Source: Dimorphilus gyrociliatus
Lineage: Eukaryota; Animalia; Annelida
Assembly (NCBI GenBank): GCA_904063045.1
Contig: CAJFCJ010000032.1
Location: 232,612-296,611 of the forward strand
Length of the DNA: 64,000 nucleotides
Direction: 5' to 3'
How positions within the stretch are numbered: position 1 is the stretch's first letter; the number at the start of each line of letters is the position of its first letter. Position numbers and translations under genes: made by a program. The notes below the pieces were generated by a model. The model did not search any database and was not told the DNA's origin. It saw only the letters and a program-made list of their open reading frames with translations. Below, piece by piece: positions 51,495-64,000 of this stretch.

Positions 51495-53524
51495 AATATT
51501 GAAAAAAACGTAGATACAACATTGTAAAGTTAGTAGAATGTCCTCCAATAAAAAAAGATCAAAAACTAACAATATCAACAATAGGTAAATAATTAATTGT
51601 TCTCTTTCTAAAATGAAACTCCCTAATCTTTTATTAAATATGGTCCATTTTGAAAATGTTGTTTTCTATATGTTCATATATCTAAATTTTAAGATTTTGT
51701 GAGTACTAATTTCTTTATCCAATACAACGAGAAAAAGTAGGACATTCGTGCTGTTTTGCCTTTCTTATTTAGACTCCAATAAAATACAAAACATAATGAG
51801 ATCTCTTTAACCGACAATAGTGGCTTGTTCAAATTACTATCTACCTGGCCCTTAACTTTGTATCCTAAGGAGAGAGACTCCAAAAATATTAGATATTTTT
51901 CTTCTAGCCTTACTATCATTATCCTTGTAGCAAAAAAGAAAACCATTAGAATAACTAAGCATATAACCGAAAGCATTACTTATAGATTTCTTTTGCAGGA
52001 ATATAACTAAAACATTATGAAAAGTAATAGGAGAAAACTACCGAAATCCTATAAATATTGCAAACCAAGATTAGGAGTATCGACGTTCTAAAATTAGGCA
52101 TATGAAAACCTACCGATTTTCTATTTCTCTCAGTACAGAATAATTAAACAAGCACACTAATCGTAAATGGAAAAATACAACACCGATATATTTTTTTATT
52201 ATCAATAAAGTAAAAGAAGATAATGAAATAAACAGATAATTTATAAAAATTTGGTATTATTCACACGTTTGTAAGAAAATCTATAAAAGGAAAAATATCA
52301 TCTTAGGTCTACATATTTTATCTCTTAATTAATTTATTCATAAAGAAATCAATTATTAATCAACCACAAAATCTTTATTTTAGATATATAAATTATAATA
52401 GAAGAGTTAATAATTTAATGATAATATTCAAGTAATTATATAGATATTGCAGGCGGGGTGGGGGAAGGGTAAAGAGGGAGTCGCAATTATTAATAAATTT
52501 ATTATTATAGACTTACTAGATTGTAATTAGTCACTTTCTTTATATAAATGAAGAATTATCTGAAAAGCTTAAGTTTAAACAAAATGCTAAGAATAAAAAT
52601 GTGTATTGATCGTTTTCAAGATATTTACCAAAACAGAATTTTCTTTCAATATAACACAAAAAAGTAGCACGACTTTTACAACGGCCTATTTTCTTTCAGA
52701 TGTATTTTGAATCGAACGACTTAGCAATTATAGTCTCATCGCCTTATTTTCTCTTTTTTAGTATCATACGAACTCATAACTAGACACTAGGCGATAAGTG
52801 TTACAAAGATTACAGATCCCTCAATCGCATATTTATCAATACTTACATTTAATAAAATTAGCAACTACGGCGTACTTATCGATTAATTGATATGCGTGTA
52901 TTGCAACACATTACGTAACATCTTAAGGCAAAACGTATCAATCCTATATGTGGAAAACGAGTAGAGTGTCTACGTTTTATTCACTTACTTCAACAGTGTC
53001 ATAAGCAGCAATATTACGCATTTGTCAACTGGTGTTATTCGAAATTAGACCAAATAAAAGCTTCTCAAGCCACGAACCTATTCTTCCTAGCCGCCATGTT
53101 AATTTCAAGTAGTGCCATCTATTACAAACAATTCAAACTAGATGTACTTCGCAGTTTTCAAAAAAAATGGCGCCTATTCCCAACTCAACCGCGCCATTTT
53201 AAAATATGCTTCCCATTTTGAAATAGATTTTATTTTTATTCAAGTTAATTAAAGGTTAACTTTAGAAATTCGTCAGGACATATACTTAAGCATATATCAC
53301 TTTTTTGTTTTTTTACATTAAATCAGTGAAAAAATTATGCATTTATATGTTTTTTTAAAACTCCAATCATTTGCAGGAATCATTTACTTCAATCGTTTGA
53401 TTTATTCTATTTTCTTCTTTTCGCGTAAAATATAAATCTGAAGAAAAAGTTAATATATGAATAAATTAAATATTTTTCCCGCGATTTTTTTATTTATTAG
53501 AAAATGAAAACAAAAAATGAACTT

Positions 53525-55539
53525 TTACCTCCTTGAGTTGATGAATTTAATAATTAGATGAACAATAAATGGCCATGCAATAAAAAAAGCCATATTCTTA
53601 AAAGTCGTATTTGCTGAAAAAGGCCACCATGATGAGTTTTCCCTGTCACTTTTTTCAGAGCTTCGTCTACTTCTTGGTTGTCTTGTTAGTGATAATGTTT
53701 CTAAAGTATTTAGTCGAGTCAGGACGGAATTCATATCTTGTTGCAATCTGACCAGTGCTATTGCAATTCTTTCGTTAACTTCTTGAGCATAAGGAGAGTT
53801 AGGAGCTAATTTAAGTACATAAACAGTATATGAATTAGATTTCGAATAAAAACGATAGCATAGTGTATATTGATAAAACTTTAGAATATATAATTACAGT
53901 TTTGTGGATAATTTGGCGGCCGCCCTCCAGAAGAAGAGTATAAAAGTGCCTGATTTGCGCTGGGTTGTTCGTTTAGCCACATTCTTTGTGCTTGTGATGC
54001 TGAGAGACTTTCACCGGATGGTTGTCTAACTTGTTCGTTTGTCTGGGCGTTTTCTCCACCTGATTATGCAATTATCGAATCTTATTATACTAATCAATTT
54101 TTCTAAGAAGTAAGTTATACTTAGATAAGATTCCACTTACCTCTTGCTGATATTAAATCAAAAGGTCCATTACTGTTTAAGACTTTATTATCAACAATAG
54201 GTTCTTGACTAGTGTCGCAAAATTCATCGTCGCTCGTTGCTGGACTTGATAAGCTTTCACCGTCTGATCCTACTAAAAAAGTCAATATTTTTAAAAGTGT
54301 TGAAACTTCACATTGATTAAAGATTTACAAACCATTTGAGGTATTTCTGCGCGGCTTGTAATCAGGTTTTTTCGGTACGTCATTAGCGTCTGTCTTAATT
54401 TTATCCTTATTCTTATTATAATCATCACCTTCATCATCGTCGTCGTCATCATCGTCGCCATCGTCCCCGTCTGAATTTGAATTTCCATTCCTGATATGCC
54501 CATGACCATTTAAAGCGCTTCCATTACCATTTTCTAATCCATTTGATAAAGAGTCGACAGATTTCGTTCGTTTTGCTAATCTCTTTCCCTGTATATTATA
54601 TTTTAAAGTACAAAAGAACCTTTAAAGAGTATTCTAGCCAAAGAATATCAATATCAATAATATTTGATAACTTTCATTTCATTTTTTTTAAATTTATCTA
54701 ATATTTTTCAATTACCTTTATCGCTAAATTTTTTGCTTCTTTAGTTCCAATGGTCGAACCGTTTTCATCAACAATTTCATAAAAGTTTCCTAATTTCTCA
54801 ACAAATTCTGACACCATATTTGTGTGAGGCATTGCTTCAATTATCTAATATATACATAGTTATTACTAATATAATTATATTGTAAAAGCTTTTGCATGTA
54901 TTTGCATCAAGAATTTTATACAAACTTTTTTTAACTCTTCTACATACTTGGTCATTGCTTCTTCTTCTGGCATATCTCCTAATTTGTGCCAGGCTTCCCT
55001 ATAAAATACATGCATGTTTTAAAATGTACAGAGATTGAAAACTATATATGTATATAGATATGTTTCTATTCTTTTCATTCAATCGATTAATTTACAAACC
55101 ATTTCGCTTTATTTATTACGTCATAAAATGCAGGCTTTGCTTTTGTGCACTTTCCTTCTGTTGCCTGCTTATAATAACCATAGAACATCAACATCATGGA
55201 ATGTGAAGGCTGGAACGATCCTGCCATTTGTGAAACTAAAAATAATTTTTACATTAACAATCCTCGTGATGCTTTTGCTAGTATTAAATATCAGAAAATG
55301 ATATTTAATTAGTACTGAAATCATCAGTGAAAAGCATCAAAGCTGTCTTACGCGATCAAGAGTTCACTCAATTAGAGCATTGATTAATATAATAAGAAAT
55401 TAACGATCTAATTTATCATTAAATAATTTGGATTAGTAACTATTTTCTGATTAAGTGACAAACCATTTTTGGGTAAACTATGAATAACATTAACTGCAGC
55501 TTCAAATTTTTCCCTAGGAGACGATATTGGCGCAGCCAT
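53525..55539 (-). CDS. ACBD5: Acyl-CoA-binding domain-containing protein 5 (peroxisomal tail-anchored)
   Basis: N-terminal ACB domain EKFEAAVNVIHSLPKNGSFQPS..MMLMFYGYYKQATEG...KAKW. FFAT-like SDDEFCDTS. Coiled coil, then WWPF and a C-terminal TM FFIAWPFIVHLII. Confidence 0.92.
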
Positions 55540-55833
55540 TTTGTAAACTGCTTCTAGTGTTTACTGAATAGAGCATGAATATTTATTTAGCAGAGGTCAA
55601 TGTCACATTGTGGCGGGAAAGTCTTTTTTTGAATACGTTTGACTATTATGTATTTTATTCAAAATCTCAGATATTATTAATATATGCACAGAATGTAAAA
55701 AAGAAATTGAAGCATCTAATTAGGAAGTTTTGTTAAAATGCTTCCAAGCTCTAAGATGTATTTAAAAAATAATGAAGACAAGACAACAGGAAATATGTCT
55801 GCTTTATCTTTTCTATAGTCGGCTAAAGTGTGT

Positions 55834-57285
55834 TTATAGTTTAGAATCATTTGTTTCAGAAATAAATTTATCTATAGATTTGTTCACTTGTTCTGGGTTA
55901 TCTTGTTGCACCCAGTGGCTAGCTCCATCAACGTAATCTACACTAGAACGAGCCTCGACAAATTTACAAGATAGTTCAGCCATCGAAGTGCTTAGTGCAC
56001 CATCCTTTGTACCCCATATAACAAGAGATGGAACTTTTATGGTTCTTCTATACTCTTTAGGAATAATATAACGGAATGTAGCTCTGTAGTAATTGATAGT
56101 AGCAGTTAAGGCTCCCGGTTGTGAGATAGAATAAATGAAAGCTTCCATTTCTTCTTCTGTTAAAGACCTCTGCTGAAGTCCCATTTGCTTACTGCAAAAT
56201 ACTTTGCGAATAAAACCATAATCGGATAATTTTATCAAAAATTCGGGCAGATAAGGTATTTGAAAAAAAAACATGTACCAAGATTTCAAGAATTGTTTAC
56301 GGTCTGTCTTTAAAATTTTTTGGAATGCTGTACCTGAGAAGAAAATTAAATTCTTTATATAAAAAGCTTTATTACTTCATAACAAATAGTATTTTACCTT
56401 GAGGACAATTGCAAATAATTAATTTATTTATTATTTCTGGATATTTAGCTGCTACAGACCAAGCAACTGCACCACCCCAATCGTGTGCTACCAATACACA
56501 ATTTTTGTACCCCAATGCTTCCATAACATCTTTAACGTCCTCAACAAGATAAGGAATCCAATAGTTTTGAACTCCCTCCGGTTTTCCAGATTCTCCATAC
56601 CCTCTCATGTCTATTGCAACAGTTCTAAATTTACTCTTGAAGTACGATATCTGGTGACGCCAAGAGTACCAATTTTCAGGAAAGCCGTGAAGAAATATCA
56701 TCAATGGAGAATTGGCATTACCAGCCGCAACATAATGAATTTTCACGCCAGTTGATGTTGTGGTAAAACTATGTATGCCATATTCATCGTCTGATAAGCA
56801 AGCGGGAGCTAATCGGTGATCATTAACCGTAAAAATCTTTTTCGGTCCTGTTAATGTATTCGAATGCAATTTTAAAAAAATAACAACATCGACATCAACT
56901 GTTAATATTACTATTTCTATCTCTTTTATTTATTACAGTCTTAACATCAAAACACTAAAGATTTAGTTTTTGTTTAAAAAAAATTCAATCAAAGTAGGTT
57001 TAAAAAAATTGTTATGCAATAGAAACCTCATAAAAGTCATACCAATAAATTATATCTTTTATACGCTGTCTTATTTGTATAAAAAAACAATTCTAAAGTT
57101 AAATAAATATTAATTTTGAAGGTGACCATAATAATGACCCTATCTTACTAGAACCAAAGTTTACCTTTCTTGATAAGACTTATGACGAAGTTAACAAGAG
57201 AGACAGTAGACCAAAATGTTCCGATTGCAAGCGATACACCAAACTGTATTTTTGGGACCGATTTGGGCTCTCCAAAAGTAGGCAT
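55834..57285 (-). CDS. EPHX4: Epoxide hydrolase 4-like alpha/beta hydrolase
   Basis: Exon 1 from 57285 (MPTFGEPK..., hydrophobic anchor), then exons carrying HGFPENWYSW, nucleophile motif AHDWGG and GASHWVQQD. Confidence 0.88.
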
Positions 57286-57420
57286 TATATGAGAAAAGTT
57301 TACTTCAAAAGTGAACTGTAATGTGTTACAGTTCGCATAGGAAACGGAACTCCCAATATATGTTAAACATTTATATTAAATAGATGTCACCACTGTTTTA
57401 CTACTTTGTCTTACGAGAAA

Positions 57421-57470
57421 GAACGTGACTTTTACACCGCCATTTTGGATCAGACGGCGTTGGAAATAAA
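57421..57470. promoter_or_regulatory. Divergent promoter region between the EPHX4-like gene and COX4
   Basis: The two starts are 660 bp apart, head to head. A YY1-like CGCCATTTT lies at 57438-57446. Confidence 0.4.
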
Positions 57471-57945
57471 AGGTTTGTTTTTAATCTCTTATTTCTCAAG
57501 ACTGAGTTGCTAACTAATAAGTCCATGATAATGATAAATAGTGAAAAAATAAAAAAATGCTAAACAAAAGTGTATGTTGAAGCTTATCATACTTAGATTT
57601 AGATGTTATTAGTACTATACTCTTTGACCGGGCATTGCTAAAAAGACTATTTCTGTTGATAAAATCATATTAATCTTCTGGATAACGAATAGCTGAAGAC
57701 TTTCGGATACACTCTTATAATCATATTGAGGGTTACAACTGAATATTTCCAACTTTATTATTGTTTGTCCTTGGTTAAGGTCGGAGTGTCGTCTGCTAAA
57801 GAGAAATCGTGTCTTATTTAGAATTCAGGAATTAATTTAAAAATCTTGTTCTTTTTCTGTTAAATTTTTCAGTTATTATTTCCTTGAATTCAAAACACAA
57901 AAAGTTGGTCTTTAATTATAATTTTGTATCTTATAGAATAGGAAT

Positions 57946-58581
57946 ATGGCATTCCAACTATCAAGACACGCAATTACCATCTCCCGTCGAGCACTCTCTA
58001 CCAGCCTCGTCAAGTCTCAATCTGCCAAGGCTCCCGCTTTGAATCAAGAGCAAGTGGACAGTTACTATCCAAAAATAGGCAACCGAGATATCGTTGGTTT
58101 TGGATTCAATGGAAATCCCAACTACCAAGATAGACCAGAATTTCCTGCTCCAGCAGTCCGTTGGGCCCCCAATACTGAAGAAATACAAGCTCTTAGGCAG
58201 AAGGAAGCTGGTGATTGGAGTAAACTTTCAATGGAAGAAAAAAAAGCCTTATATAGGGCTAGCTTCAGACATACTTATGCCGAAATGAAGGCCCCAACTG
58301 GAGAATGGAAGAGCATTCTTGCAGGAACTTTATTAGGATGTGCTGTAGCCGGATGGTTTATGGTTTGGCTTAAAGCTTATGGTAAACAATCAATCTTTGT
58401 CTAATTTAAGTTGAAAACCATTTATTTTCCATTGAATATTTCAGTATATCCTTCCTTGCCTGTATCTATCACTGACGAATGGAAGGAGGACATGTTAGAG
58501 AAAGCAATTAAACAACAGCAGAATCCTGTCGAAGGTGTTGCATCTAAATGGGATTATGAAAGTAATCGTTGGAAGAACTGA
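57946..58581 (+). CDS. COX4: Cytochrome c oxidase subunit 4, mitochondrial
   Basis: Exons 57946-58381 and 58445-58581 join in phase 1. Mitochondrial presequence, then KEAGDWSKLSMEEKKALYRASFRHTYAEM, a TM segment and NPVEGVASKWDY. Confidence 0.97.
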
Positions 58582-59112
58582 ATATTCTAACACGATTATT
58601 GATACACTAATTGTCAAAGTCGCTGCTAGATAATGAAAACTTATGTACAATAATAAAATAAGGAGTTTGATGTTAGAATCATTTCGAATTACATGCGGAT
58701 ATCGTCTACAACAACACAGCAGCCACAAATAATTAATTACTTTTAGTATTTGGGCGTGTTTTGTAATCGTTTCGATAAGCATTTTAACTATGAACTCTAA
58801 ATAAACAATTAGAAAACACATAAGAAAACTTCTCTAGTAAGTTCGCTGATCACAAAGTCAACAAAAGATGTACAAAGTAACAAATATGATAATAAAATAT
58901 AACATTAAGCCTTTTCCTTATCATTCAGTCGATTATCGAAAATTTTCAATTTTCTCTTCTGCGTATATAAGTTACGGTTCAGGTAACCAGTTTTTATTCA
59001 AAGTTGATGCATTTTTCATAAATTTTTACGATGTATTTGAATATATATATATTTGTATATATATAAACATTACGTAATAATGGAAGTATATTCATATATG
59101 CGCATATTCAAA

Positions 59113-59144
<32 letters not shown>

Positions 59145-59869
59145 AATTTTTGCTTTTTATCTGCTTCCTACAAAGTTTGTAAAATATCTTGTAAAAGATT
59201 ATGTTTTGAAATGAAAGGTCAAGGTTAAATATCAAAGCGGAAACGCGCAAAGTTTACCTTAGCACCCAGGGTCAAGAATTGTAAAAGCAACGTCCAAGCT
59301 GACCCTGTTGAATTTTGGACGATTGGTCTAGGATTATTGAAAATAATCAAGTAAGGCACTACTTTAGATTTATCTATTGTCTGGATTAAATGTGATTACT
59401 ACTGTTCCCGCGGTTTATCGTCATAATATATGCATAGCAACCGAACAATAAGATCTTTTTACAATTGCTTTTGAATGAACTGTTTGAACAATTAATAGTT
59501 TTTATTGTATTCAACTAATCCAGAATAAGTCGTGGTTTTACTATATCTTTTTTGAATATTTATTTTATAAATGTAACTTTTAACCTTGAAGGAAAGATTA
59601 TGGGAAAAGTGAATAAACAAAGGAATTCCTTTATGGAAATTATTATAACAATAAATCATTTATCGAAGTTAAATAGCTGACTCTTGTGACCTCTTACTTT
59701 ATTCTTTGTTATATTTTTATATTAGAGAAATTGTCAAAAGCGAGATTATACTAATTCGAAAAACTTGTGAAAATTTGTGTGTAATTGCTTATTAAATGTA
59801 AATAAAGTTGTTTAGTTTTTTGTTGTTAAGGTAAATAAACATATTTAATATAATTATTTTTAATATGAA

Positions 59870-62800
59870 ATGGAATTTTCAACAGTTTGTAAGATGAGGA
59901 CCGAGAATAGCATGAATCGTTCCACTTCGAAAAGGATTGTTGTCAGGCGTTCACAAAGTGGAAGAAAGTCCAGACCTTTGAGCTCCGTCTCGTTTCCACA
60001 TGATTTAGAGACGTCTATAATTGTAGACGATCAGAGAAATGAAGAAACGGAGAACATGAATTGGGATACTGACTTGGAAAATGATGAACTGGATCGAAAG
60101 TATGATCACTCGAGCGAAGCCGCATATATAGAAATTAGCAGGAAGAACAATGTAATACCCGCTTCATATTTTTTACGACATATGCACGACGTTCACTTGG
60201 ATATGAAACATCACGGATTGGGACCAATTGCCGTTAAACCACTGGCAATATCATTAGTTGTTTGTATTCTTTAATTGCTTTAGAAACAAACCTACCTTTT
60301 AGTTCATTATCAAGTGGCGTTTGTATCTATTTACCTTAGAGATTTAAAATATTTAGCTTAACGACTTTAATCAATTAAGTTGCTACTTACTAAAGAGGAA
60401 AATCGCTTAAAATTTACAAGATATAATATATGAATAGATAATATAAATACGCAAAAATATTATACTTTCTATTTTTATTAATTTCTCCTTTCTTCTTTCC
60501 TACTCTTCTTCCAGAGTAATACGCAGGTACTCGTATTGGATTTGTCAGATAATTGGCTTGGGCCAACTGGAGGTGAAGCAATATGTGATATGCTTAAAGA
60601 AAATATATACATTACAGATGTTGTAAGTAATTCATCCTCTTTTTTTGGATACTTTATTATTTAGAATTAATAAAATATACTATTTTATTCTAGTTGCTGG
60701 CTGATAACCATCTGGACGTTCAATTTGCAAAACAACTCGTTGACGTTCTCCAAGGAAATATAACTATTAAAAAGTTGAATTTGTCTGGAAATGATTTTGA
60801 TGATAGGGCTGCTGTCCATTTGGCTGAAGCAATTACGGTACTATTATTACTATTATTATCATATCTATTACTATATTTTTTTGTCAAAATTTGACCTAAT
60901 AAATTCATTTATAAAGAATACAACAAGAATTGAATACTTGAATTTGAGTCATAATCACTTGTGCGAGGAGGCTGGTATAATTCTGGGCCCTGCTATTTCG
61001 GAGAATAGCTCCATTAAAGAATTGGACTTGAGTTGGAATACGTTAAGAAGAAAAGGGGCTAAAGGAATCGCTACCGGATTAAAGGTTAGATATTATTTGA
61101 TTTTATGAATATTTTCATTATTTAAAATTACACTGTTTTCTCGTTTAGACAAATATATTGCTTCAAAAACTAGACTTATCGTGGAATGGCTTTGGCACAG
61201 AAGGAGCACTAGCTTTGGGAGATGCTCTAAAAGCTAATAATGTTTTAGAAGAGCTTGATGTATCTAATAATAGATTAACTGCTGAAGCAGCTGTTCTTAT
61301 TGGTAAAGGTTTATCTGTCAATGAAACACTGAGAATCTTAAAAATGGGTCAAAATCCTATGCAAAGTGCAGGTTGTTACGCAATATGTGCGTCTATGCTG
61401 AAAAATCCTAATACAGCTTTGGAGATACTTGACTTTGAGGTGACTATTAAACTACGACTACCTGTTGCTTTACATTATCGTTTAAATTTTTATCAATTTT
61501 AATTACAGAGTATCCTCGTCAATAAAGATTTTGACGAAGTATTTAAAAAGGTTCAAGAACAACTGAATAAATCAATTATTTTGAAACACGGAGGTGATCC
61601 TATACCTAAAAAGCCAAAGGTACTAATTATTTATGTCCATTTTCCGGATACTTTTCACAAACCTTTGAACATTACAGGCTAGAGTACATCCTATGGTGAA
61701 ATTACGCAACTACATCGAAAAGAATAATTTAAGATTGGTAGATTTCTTTAATAAATTTGATAAAGATCATAGCATGAGCGTCACCAGAGAAGAGTTTACA
61801 GAAGGTTTAGAGGTAAATAATTATAAGTTATTAAATCAACAGATCACAATTAAGAAGACAATAATAATAATAATAATAATAATAACAGAGCCTTATTCTG
61901 CATTTAAATGATTTATTTCATTAATTTTGAATTTATATATATATTTATATAAAAGTTGTTTATATTTCTAAGAAGTAAGAAAATTATTTAATTATTTTAT
62001 AGAACATTTTTTTTTCATCTTTCTTGAATTTTTGTTTGAACAAAATTTTTTTTTAAATATTTTCTTACAGAAACTTTGTCAGGTAAAAAACTAGAAAATT
62101 CATAAATAATAATATGATAAACAAAGAAATTTATCCAAATTAAAATCCATTGAATATAAAAAAAACCTCTAATGTTGAAGTTCTTCTCTAATTTACCTTT
62201 TTATTTCCTTCTATACAATTTTTATTTTTTGTTTATATTTGCTTTTGTATATAATATTTAAAAACATCATGTTAATTTTAATTAATTATATGTTAATAAG
62301 TAGCTATTTTTTAAGTAAAGCGCTTAATTTAACATTATATTTATATTGGATCAGGCTCTATTAATTCTTATATATATATATATAACTTTTATTGAATGCT
62401 TTTTGAATGAAGACGTGCTTTGAACAATTCATTTTGATTAGCCAATTTATTTAAAAAAAATTCAAATCGGAAATGTGTTCAAAATTTTTCCTACAAAATG
62501 AGAAAAAAGAAAACCAAGCTCTTTTTTATTTCTTTTCATAGAATTTTTCATTGTTTTATTTTTTATCTTTTACGAAAACCAGCTTGTTTTTACTTCCTTT
62601 TTGAGCTAAAAATAGAAAGTATTTTTTACTCTTTTTTTTTTACAAAATATCTAAATCTCTTTTCTCTAAAATCTTCTCTCGGCTAACAAAAATATCCCAG
62701 AAAATAATAATCCTAGCTTATTTGTTTGATAACCTAAACACCAAAAAATCGAATATTCTACTATTTTTTACTCTATCCAATAATATTAAGCTTTATGTGT

Positions 62801-63881
62801 ATTTCCAAACAGGAAACTGGAATTAAACTAACTGATGACGAAGTTACTCAGCTATTAGACGAGTTAGATAAAGATGGTGACGGTGAAATAAATTACAGGT
62901 ATGATTGTATAATAGGGCTATTAATAATTGAAAACAAAGTAAGGTATATACAGTATATAACACAGATTAACTTTTATATAAAATAGAAATTAATTTTTTA
63001 CAAACTTTTTGTTTAAAACAAAAAATTAGAAATAAAATGAGAGGAAAGAGAAAATATAAGCCTTCACCTTCATTTTTATGTTTAGTTTTGCTGGGTTTTT
63101 GCTTATAGACTTATACTGTAAAAATAAATAGAAAAAGAAAAAAAAACAAGTATTGCTTGCTGTATTATCATTAATATAATTATTATCATTAGTATTATTG
63201 TTATGATTACTCTTTTACCTCTGATTCATTCTAACATATTCGAAAATGATTTGTAATTTTCTAGCGAACTGGTTGTCGGATTTCTAGAAATCGGCAAAAA
63301 GGTTTATTGTCGTTCTTGGTATTGTAAAAGTTTCTCAATTTTAAAAGATGTATATCTTGATATTGAAGGGATTTGTACTATGTTATCTTTCAAAAAAAAG
63401 CAAACATTCTCTCTTTATCTTTTCTTCCTTCTCGATTATTGAAGGTATCGGTAAACAATTATTCATATACATATATACTTATATTCTTTATTACTTTTTT
63501 TTATGTTTTCATTCAAATCTATATACTTTTTCTTTTTTTTTTTAATACATGTCCACTAACTATGGTTACTTGAAGGTTAAATAGACGTTTCGGCGTCTAT
63601 TAACTGACTTAATTATTGTCTAAACGTATTATGGTAAACATCTGCATGTTATGGAAATTTGTATTTTTCATTTATTTTACTAAACATATAAGAAAACTTA
63701 TTACTACTATTTTTATTATTATATATAAAGCCTTTGCTTTAGCCAGTTGATAGTTGAAAATATTAATATTTGCTTATTTAATTTCAGTGAACTAGTGATG
63801 GGTCATCAAGATTTTACAGAAAAAGAAAAACGTATAAGTACATCTGTTTCTCTAATGATGAAATCTCATACTACCTTATAA
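59870..63881 (+). CDS. LRRC74A: LRRC74A-like leucine-rich repeat protein with C-terminal EF-hands
   Basis: Exons about 59870-60259, 60515-60622, 60694-60837, 60917-61084, 61149-61439, 61509-61619, 61678-61812, 62813-62898 and terminal 63788-63881 (alternative exon at 63265). RNI-like LRRs: LDLSDNWLG, LNLSGNDF, LDLSWN. EF loop DKDGDGEINYSE. Confidence 0.87.
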
Positions 63882-64000
63882 AAATTAATTAATATACTAA
63901 TCAAACTATTAACCCTATATTTTTGATTTTATTTTTTCTCATATGAATTAATCACGTTTACTGTTTAGTGTTAAATCTATTTCCTATACTCATTTTTTGT

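Noticed and set aside
54291-54509. 72-aa ORF rich in M/T
   Set aside because: It is an alternative frame over the Asp-rich ACBD5 exon.
58495-58821. 108-aa minus-strand ORF
   Set aside because: It is an antisense shadow of COX4 exon 2 and its 3' UTR.

Overview
This is AT-rich (about 30% GC by eye), gene-dense animal genomic DNA with many 50-100 nt GT-AG introns, so the ORF track shows only exon fragments. The gene set and compactness suggest a small-genome spiralian such as a meiofaunal annelid like Dimorphilus (inference, not verified). I rebuilt the genes by hand from splice sites. In order: a possible partial plus-strand gene end, an orphan ORF with a C-terminal hydrophobic segment, Ptf1a, tRNA-Ser(AGA), a Tctex1-domain dynein light chain, a 3-exon agatoxin-like cystine-knot prepropeptide absent from the ORF track, two tandem secreted PAN/WSC-like + LamG-like genes, an ankyrin-SOCS box gene, a double alpha-crystallin small HSP, an IP3 3-kinase, ANKIB1, SNX4, a compact CNC/Nrf bZIP, ACBD5, an EPHX4-like hydrolase, COX4 and an LRRC74A-like LRR/EF-hand gene. 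The strongest leads are the hidden amidated knottin neuropeptide with a very short second loop, the orphan secreted gene pair, a possible membrane-anchored versus soluble Nrf isoform switch, a 3-copy palindromic repeat cluster at 48.35 kb, a duplicated exon completing an EF-hand, and two recurrent non-coding motifs (TATACAGTATA and a CTCF-like motif). No CRISPR array or intact transposon is supported.
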